Below are positions 58,889-64,000 of a stretch of DNA of 64,000 nt, piece after piece (within the stretch, counting starts at the first letter, position 1; every line of letters begins with the position of its first letter). Under the pieces are notes generated by a model that ran no database searches, was not told the origin of the DNA, and saw nothing but the letters and a program-made list of their open reading frames with translations. Source of the DNA: an uncultured Acidobacteriota bacterium (lineage in GTDB: Bacteria; Acidobacteriota; Vicinamibacteria; Vicinamibacterales; UBA2999); the NCBI GenBank assembly GCA_963773045.1, contig CAVYZT010000015.1:8444-72443 (forward strand), in the 5' to 3' direction. The position numbers and the translations under genes are program-made.

Positions 58889-60325
58889 ATGCAACGACTG
58901 CCCCGACCTGGACGCACCCTCCCCCTCCTCTCGTGGTTGCTCATTCTCCTGGCGGTAGCGCGCGCCGGCGCGGAACAAAAGCCAGCGCCCACTCAGGATC
59001 CGCTGGCGCGCATCAATGAGTCGATCGATGCGCTGACCAGGAAAGTCTGGCCCAGCGTCGTGCAGATCCTGGTCACCAGTTATGGCGCGCGTGAGGACGC
59101 CATTCGCGGCGAAACCAACGTCGTCATCGGCCGCCAGCGATCGAGCGGTTCAGGCTTCGTGATCGACGCGGACGGTTACATCATGACCAACGCGCACGTG
59201 GTGAGCGGGGCGCAGCGCGTGCAGATCGTGCTGCCCGCCGAAAACGCGGACGGCTCGTTGGCGACGGCGCTGTCGGGCAAGACCACGGCGATCCCCGCGC
59301 GCATCGTCGGCATCGCGACGGAGCTCGATCTGGCCCTGTTGAAAGTGGACGGTCAGACGCTCCCGGCGCTGCCGCTCGCCACGTATTCGCAACTCCGGCA
59401 GGGCGAGACGGTGTTTGCTTTCGGCAGCCCGGTCGGACTGCGCAACACGTTGACGCACGGCCTGGTGTCGGCGGTGGCCAGGCAGGTCGATCCCGATTCG
59501 CCGCTGATCTATGTCCAGACTGACGCGCCGATCAACCCGGGAAATTCGGGTGGCCCGCTGGTCAACGTCCGCGGAGAGGTCGTCGGCGTGAACACGTTCA
59601 TCATGTCGCAGACCGGCGGCAGCGATGGGCTGGGATTCGCGATTCCCAGCGCGACGGCCAGGACGGTGTTCCGTCAGCTCAAGCAATACGGTCAGCTGCG
59701 GCGGCAGGAAGTGGGGATGAGCATGCAGACCATCACGTCGACCATGGCGGCATCGCTCGGCCTGGTCAGAAACTACGGCGTGATCGTGTCGGATGTCTGG
59801 CCTGGCGGCCCGGCCGAAGCGGCAGGCCTGCTGGTCGGCGACGTCCTGGTTTCTGTGGATGGCCAGCCGGCCGACAATCTGCCGACGGTCGTCTACAACT
59901 TCCGCCTCAGAGATTCACCCGAGAAGGTTCAGATGGTCGTGCTCAGAGGCGCACAAGAGCAGCGCCTGGCGATCGCGCCGGTCGAAGAGCGGAGTGAGTT
60001 CGATGCGGTCTCGGCGCTGGCAGACCCGCAGAAGAATCTTGTCGCGGAGCTCGGCCTTCTCGGCGTCGAAATCGATCAACGCATCGTCGCCGCCGCGAGC
60101 GGGCTCAGAAGTCCGTTCGGCGTCATTGTCGTCGCTCGCGCGGCCGGGGCGGCGAGCGAAGTGCCGGTTCAGCCGAAGGACGTCATTCGCAGCTTCAACA
60201 ACCGGCGGATCTCGACGCTGCAGGCGCTCAGGGATGAGGTGCAAGCGCTCAAGCCGGGAGCGCCGGTGACCTTGCAGATTCAGCGTGAGGGGCGATTGAT
60301 GTACTTATCCTTCACCCTCGACTGA
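58889..60325 (+). CDS. htrA: HtrA/DegP-family serine endoprotease with two PDZ domains
   Basis: Signal peptide. Catalytic motifs TNAHVV, DLALLKV and GNSGGPLV. A GTG at 58886 is an alternative start. Confidence 0.9.
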   Translation: MQRLPRPGRTLPLLSWLLILLAVARAGAEQKPAPTQDPLARINESIDALTRKVWPSVVQILVTSYGAREDAIRGETNVVIGRQRSSGSGFVIDADGYIMTNAHVVSGAQRVQIVLPAENADGSLATALSGKTTAIPARIVGIATELDLALLKVDGQTLPALPLATYSQLRQGETVFAFGSPVGLRNTLTHGLVSAVARQVDPDSPLIYVQTDAPINPGNSGGPLVNVRGEVVGVNTFIMSQTGGSDGLGFAIPSATARTVFRQLKQYGQLRRQEVGMSMQTITSTMAASLGLVRNYGVIVSDVWPGGPAEAAGLLVGDVLVSVDGQPADNLPTVVYNFRLRDSPEKVQMVVLRGAQEQRLAIAPVEERSEFDAVSALADPQKNLVAELGLLGVEIDQRIVAAASGLRSPFGVIVVARAAGAASEVPVQPKDVIRSFNNRRISTLQALRDEVQALKPGAPVTLQIQREGRLMYLSFTLD

Positions 60326-60354
60326 TCCCACGACATTCGCGCAAGACCGGTGTG

Positions 60355-60756
60355 TCATCGCTGGCGAATTCGGATCGACGAGACGCAGTCATCCCACCCG
60401 TCACCGCAGGGACCGGGTCGGCGCTCGAGATCCTGCACGTCGGCGGTCAAGGTCGTGCTGGCGCCGCGGTAGTTGTCGTCCTCGAAGAGCGTGACCTCCC
60501 AGCCGCTGGGAACTTTGATCGACGAGATGCAGTCGTCCCAATCGCTGCCTGCGCCGGCGCCGCAGGGACCGGACAAGTCGTCGAGGTCGGCCACGTCGCC
60601 CATGAGCGCGCGGCTCCCTCCTCTGAACTCGGGATCCTGGTAAACCGTGACCAGGCTGTTCGAAAGAGTGGTGCTTGGCGCGCTGGGAGTACTGCTGCAC
60701 GCGCTGCTTGCCACGGCCATCATCCCGGCGATGATGGCGCAGGATTTCGTTGTCAT
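60355..60756 (-). CDS. Beta/gamma-crystallin-like (peptidase inhibitor I36-like) lipoprotein
   Basis: Lipobox ASSAC. Two repeats end in WDDCISSIKV and WDDCVSSIRI. Confidence 0.6.
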   Translation of the reverse strand: MTTKSCAIIAGMMAVASSACSSTPSAPSTTLSNSLVTVYQDPEFRGGSRALMGDVADLDDLSGPCGAGAGSDWDDCISSIKVPSGWEVTLFEDDNYRGASTTLTADVQDLERRPGPCGDGWDDCVSSIRIRQR

Positions 60757-60779
60757 GATTGCCACCTCGATCGTTCCCT

Positions 60780-61817
60780 TCACCGATTCTTCTCGAGCAC
60801 GCTCTTGATGGTGGAGAGCGTTTGTTCTGCTGCCTTCTTGGCTTGAGATCGCGCGGTGCTGCGCGTCAGCCCGCCAAAGCCGCCACGCAGCAAGTCGCCG
60901 CGCGATCGATTGCCGTAGACGATGTAGGTTGCCGGCGATCCGTTCTCGGTCCCGCTGATGATCGCGGCGAGAGCCAGCGACGCGTCGTAGTAGTGACTGG
61001 CGTAGATGTACTTCTGCGCGACGATCGTCCGATCAGTCTGTCCCTGCGGCGTGTAGACCACGCCGTGGACGATGCTGATGACCGGTTTCATGCCGTAGTT
61101 CTCTTTGATCCAGTAGAGGATGTCGCGGCCGCCCGGCAGCGGCTCCTTGGGATACACGGCGAGATAGCGCGCGAGCGCCGGGTGAAAGGCGTGAAAGACC
61201 GACGTGTTTGCCAGGATCCCGGCCCATTCGGTTCTCAGGTTCACCGGCTTGTCGCGGTCGTCGTAGGTGATGAGCGCTTCGTCGCCGCGAGCGCGGTAGG
61301 CGTTGACGTAGTTGATCGCCGCGGTACGAGCGAACCCGTTGACCTGGGCAGCGTAGTCCGCCGCGCTCCAGTTGATGGTGGAGCTCAGCGTCGTCATGGC
61401 CGCGCCTCCGAGCCGGATATCGCAACGGCCGGGGCGACAGTTCTTGAGCGCATCGACTTCGTCGCGATCGAACGACAGCTGCGCGACGTCGGCCGGCGCC
61501 GCCGGCGTGCTGAACCGTCCGAAGCCCAATGTCACCTCGCCGTCGACGTAGGCGATCATCTGGCCGTAGTAGCTGACGACCTGTGCGTGGGGCACCAGAA
61601 TCTTGACGGCCGCCTGCGTCAGGATCTCGCCATCGCCGACCGTCTCGGCGCGCGCGATGACCGCACCGTCGTGAAGCGTCGCCATCTCTGCGGCGGTGAA
61701 CTTCATCTTCCCAAGGGCGTCGTCCACCTCCTGGCGAGGATTGGAGGATTGACTGCCGAAGGCGGTGGGGGCAAGCCATGATGCACCAATGAACACGGAC
61801 AATGTGAGCAGTCGCAC
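60780..61817 (-). CDS. Secreted hypothetical protein
   Basis: 345-aa ORF with a GTG start and signal peptide. No family recognised. Confidence 0.6.
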   Translation of the reverse strand: MRLLTLSVFIGASWLAPTAFGSQSSNPRQEVDDALGKMKFTAAEMATLHDGAVIARAETVGDGEILTQAAVKILVPHAQVVSYYGQMIAYVDGEVTLGFGRFSTPAAPADVAQLSFDRDEVDALKNCRPGRCDIRLGGAAMTTLSSTINWSAADYAAQVNGFARTAAINYVNAYRARGDEALITYDDRDKPVNLRTEWAGILANTSVFHAFHPALARYLAVYPKEPLPGGRDILYWIKENYGMKPVISIVHGVVYTPQGQTDRTIVAQKYIYASHYYDASLALAAIISGTENGSPATYIVYGNRSRGDLLRGGFGGLTRSTARSQAKKAAEQTLSTIKSVLEKNR

Positions 61818-61915
61818 GCGCGATCACACTGCAAATTGGTCGCCGGATCTCGTCCTTGCTTCCAGCCTGAGGGCGAGGTTCAGAACGCCCGTCCAACGGT
61901 AGATCGCTCAGTCAC

Positions 61916-61931
61916 TCACGACATGTCGTGA
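61916..61931. promoter_or_regulatory. Perfect 16-bp palindrome TCACGACATGTCGTGA in a divergent promoter region
   Basis: Lies between the start of 60780..61817 (-) and the start of 62021..62842 (+). Identical to the core at 58803-58818. Confidence 0.55.
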
Positions 61932-62020
61932 CTCGGGAACGTCGCTTAAGAGATTGCGACCTTGGTTGTGCCCTCAGTATCAAGGTTTAATGGATGTCCG
62001 ATTCAGCAAGAGTGAAGGCC

Positions 62021-62842
62021 ATGAGCACAATCACGACGAAAGACGGTACGCGGATCTATTTCAAGGACTGGGGCACGGGACAGCCGATTGTGTTCAGCCA
62101 CGGCTGGCCGCTCACCGCTGACGCGTGGGATGCCCAGATGGTGTTTCTGGGATCCCGCGGCTATCGCTGCATTGCGCACGACCGGCGTGGCCACGGCCGA
62201 TCGAGTCAGCCGTGGGACGGCAACGAGATGGACACGTATGCCGACGATCTCGCGACGCTCGTCGAAGCCCTCGATCTGCGAGAGGCGGTTCACATCGGTC
62301 ACTCCACCGGCGGCGGCGAGGTGGCGCGGTATATCGGGCGCCACGGCACGGCGCGCGTGGCCAAGGCCGTGCTGATCGGCGCCGTGCCGCCGCTGATGGT
62401 GAAGACGCCGGCCAATCCCGGCGGCTTGCCGATCGAGACCTTCGACGCGATCCGCGCGGGCGTGACCGCCGATCGCTCGCAGTTCTTCAAGGACCTCTCC
62501 ATCCCGTTCTACGGGGCCAACCGGCCCGGCGCCAAGGTCTCCGAAGCCGTGCGCGATTCGTTCTGGCTGCAGGGGATGCTGGCGGGTCACAAGAACGCGC
62601 TCGACTGCATCAAGGCGTTTTCGGAAACCGATTTTACCGACGACCTCGGCAAGATCGACGTGCCGACCCTCATCATGCACGGCGATGACGACCAGATCGT
62701 CCCGATCGGCGCATCCGCCATGTTGTCGTCGAAGCTCGTGCGAGGCGCCACGCTGAAGGTCTATCCAGGCCTGTCACACGGGATGTGCACCATCAACCAC
62801 GCGCAGATCAATGAGGATTTGCTGGCCTTCATCGCGACTTAG
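62021..62842 (+). CDS. Alpha/beta hydrolase (non-haem chloroperoxidase / arylesterase type)
   Basis: [22 protein letters not shown] and the GHSTGGGE nucleophile elbow. Confidence 0.85.
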   Translation: MSTITTKDGTRIYFKDWGTGQPIVFSHGWPLTADAWDAQMVFLGSRGYRCIAHDRRGHGRSSQPWDGNEMDTYADDLATLVEALDLREAVHIGHSTGGGEVARYIGRHGTARVAKAVLIGAVPPLMVKTPANPGGLPIETFDAIRAGVTADRSQFFKDLSIPFYGANRPGAKVSEAVRDSFWLQGMLAGHKNALDCIKAFSETDFTDDLGKIDVPTLIMHGDDDQIVPIGASAMLSSKLVRGATLKVYPGLSHGMCTINHAQINEDLLAFIAT

Positions 62843-62926
62843 GTCGTGGGCGGGCCGATGGTGACGGAGGGGGCGGCTTCCGGCGCCGCTTGCATTCTGG
62901 ATATAAATGAACGACCATTAATTTCT

Positions 62927-63583
62927 GTGGCTCGTCCTCCGAACGCCGACGGACAACGCACCCGGCAGGCCATCCTCGATGCCGCCCTTGCGCTCTTTGC
63001 CGAGAAAGGCTATTTCGGCACGAGTCTTCGCGATGTCGCCGGCGCCGTGGGCGTGCGCGAGAGCGCGCTCTACAACTATTTTTCCGGCAAGGAAGCGCTG
63101 TTCGAGGCGCTGCTCGCCGCCGATTCGGCCGATAAGATCGAGCACCTGGCCGCGATTCTCGAGGCGCCGATGGCCGATGCCCGGCAGACGCTGGAGCGGC
63201 TCGCCGAGTTCCTGCTCGACCGCTTCATCCAGCCGCGCCAGCAGCAGCTGTTTCGCATCCTGATGTCCGACGGCATGCGCCTGGCACGCGACGGCCGCAT
63301 CAACCTGCTCGAGCGGATGCAGAGCAGCCGCCCGCGATTCGAGGAAGTGATGCAGCGGATGATGGACGAAGGCCACTTGCACGACGCCGATCCCGAACTG
63401 CTCGTGATGCAGTTTTTCGGGCCGCTGCTGTTCTGGCGCCAGCTGCACGCCATCGGCGCCAACCGCGCCGTCATCCGCAACCGGCGCGCGTTCGCCCGCG
63501 CGCACGTCGATCAGTTTCTGAATGGCGCAGCCGCCGAGCCGGCGGCGGTGCCGGCCCGCGCCGCTCGCGCGCGCAGGGCCTGA
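62927..63583 (+). CDS. TetR/AcrR family transcriptional regulator
   Basis: RTRQAILDAALALFAEKGYFGTSLRDVAGAVGVRESALYNYF. A GTG start at 62927 is preferred. In-frame alternatives at 62846 and 62858 lie upstream of an AT-rich stretch. Confidence 0.8.
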   Translation: MARPPNADGQRTRQAILDAALALFAEKGYFGTSLRDVAGAVGVRESALYNYFSGKEALFEALLAADSADKIEHLAAILEAPMADARQTLERLAEFLLDRFIQPRQQQLFRILMSDGMRLARDGRINLLERMQSSRPRFEEVMQRMMDEGHLHDADPELLVMQFFGPLLFWRQLHAIGANRAVIRNRRAFARAHVDQFLNGAAAEPAAVPARAARARRA

Positions 63584-63602
63584 CCCCTGTAAGGAGCCCG
63601 TC

Positions 63603-64000
63603 GTGTCCCGCTCGAGATTCTGGATCGCTACCGTGTTGACGTGCGTCTCGCTGGCTGTTGCCGGCTGCGGGTCGCCCGACCGTGAGGCCCTTGCCGCGGC
63701 AGGTGAGCCCGAAGCCATTGCGGTGACGACCGCCGCTGTCGTGCAGCAGCCGGTGACGCGCTTCATTCGCGTCTCGGGAACGCTGGCGGCGCAGGAAGAA
63801 GCCGAGGTCGCCGCCGAGGTCGCCGGCCGCGTGGTCGCTACGCCGATCGAACGCGGCAGCCGCATCGCGCGCAACGCGGCGTTGATCGAAATTGCCGACG
63901 CCGAAGTCGCGGCGCAGGCGAGAGAAGCCGACGCCAACGCCGCGCAGATCGAGGCTCGCCTCGGCATCGCGTCCGGGGCGACGTTCGATGTGGACCGCGT
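63603..64000 (+). CDS. RND/MFP efflux periplasmic adaptor subunit (3' end outside the window)
   Basis: AAGGAG RBS and GTG start. Lipobox LAVAGCG. VSGTLAAQEEAEVAAEVAGRV is typical of HlyD/MFP adaptors. Confidence 0.75.
   Translation, partial: MSRSRFWIATVLTCVSLAVAGCGSPDREALAAAGEPEAIAVTTAAVVQQPVTRFIRVSGTLAAQEEAEVAAEVAGRVVATPIERGSRIARNAALIEIADAEVAAQAREADANAAQIEARLGIASGATFDVDR

Noticed and set aside
62895-62926. An AT-rich stretch (GGATATAAATGAACGACCATTAATTTCT) as a TetR operator or promoter.
   Set aside because: It is only an imperfect palindrome (about 6 of 9 half-site matches). It lies inside the longest possible TetR reading frame, so it may simply be coding or 5' leader sequence.
1-64000. 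Prophage, integron, transposon or defence-island signatures (integrase, transposase, RT, Cas, restriction-modification).
   Set aside because: None of the supported ORFs shows such motifs. The only conflict-system genes are vapBC and decayed TA remnants.

Overview
High-G+C bacterial chromosomal segment. The gene content suggests Acidobacteriota: four VWA proteins with the FRxxVxLVxVxV-type N-terminus (TIGR03436-like), an ADOP-type duplicated FtsX permease, and a Ser/Thr kinase fused to a TolB-like propeller. This taxon call is inference from family signatures only. I can support about 45 protein genes:
- Outer-membrane proteins.
- NDH-2.
- A vapBC toxin-antitoxin pair.
- A tannase-family esterase.
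- A metal-homeostasis block: mgtA, a CDF exporter, a VIT1/CCC1 transporter, and later mgtE.
- A sigma54-regulator / histidine-kinase / VWA operon.
- glpK-glpD.
- An ECF sigma factor divergent from an HTH-STAND-TPR regulator.
- A cupredoxin / YceI / CXXCH-barrel cluster.
- A citrate-synthase-like gene and a BBE-type FAD oxidase.
- Two MsbA-like ABC half-transporters.
- AraC and TetR regulators.
- HtrA.
- An RND adaptor running off the 3' edge.

I found no rRNA, tRNA, CRISPR array, integrase or transposase.

The most unusual object is a 1.5 kb intergenic array (44150-45663) of 13 tandem copies of a 117-118 bp unit. I do not recognise the unit. Each copy contains a 15-bp hairpin whose two G-U pairs exist only on the + strand.

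Other non-genic signals:
- An identical 16-bp perfect palindrome in two promoter regions (58803 and 61916).
- A ~117-nt nested-palindrome element between convergent genes (52495-52611).
- A 66-bp scar that copies the vapB/vapC junction 23 kb away.
- Truncated kup, uppP and higA fragments.

Caveat: about 30 frameshifts cluster in five blocks (17.9-23.2, 26.3-30.2, ~31.7, 37.4-38.6 and 48.7-52.7 kb), while long genes elsewhere are intact. Several shifts sit at homopolymers and conserved motifs are untouched. Indel errors are therefore at least as likely as real pseudogenes.
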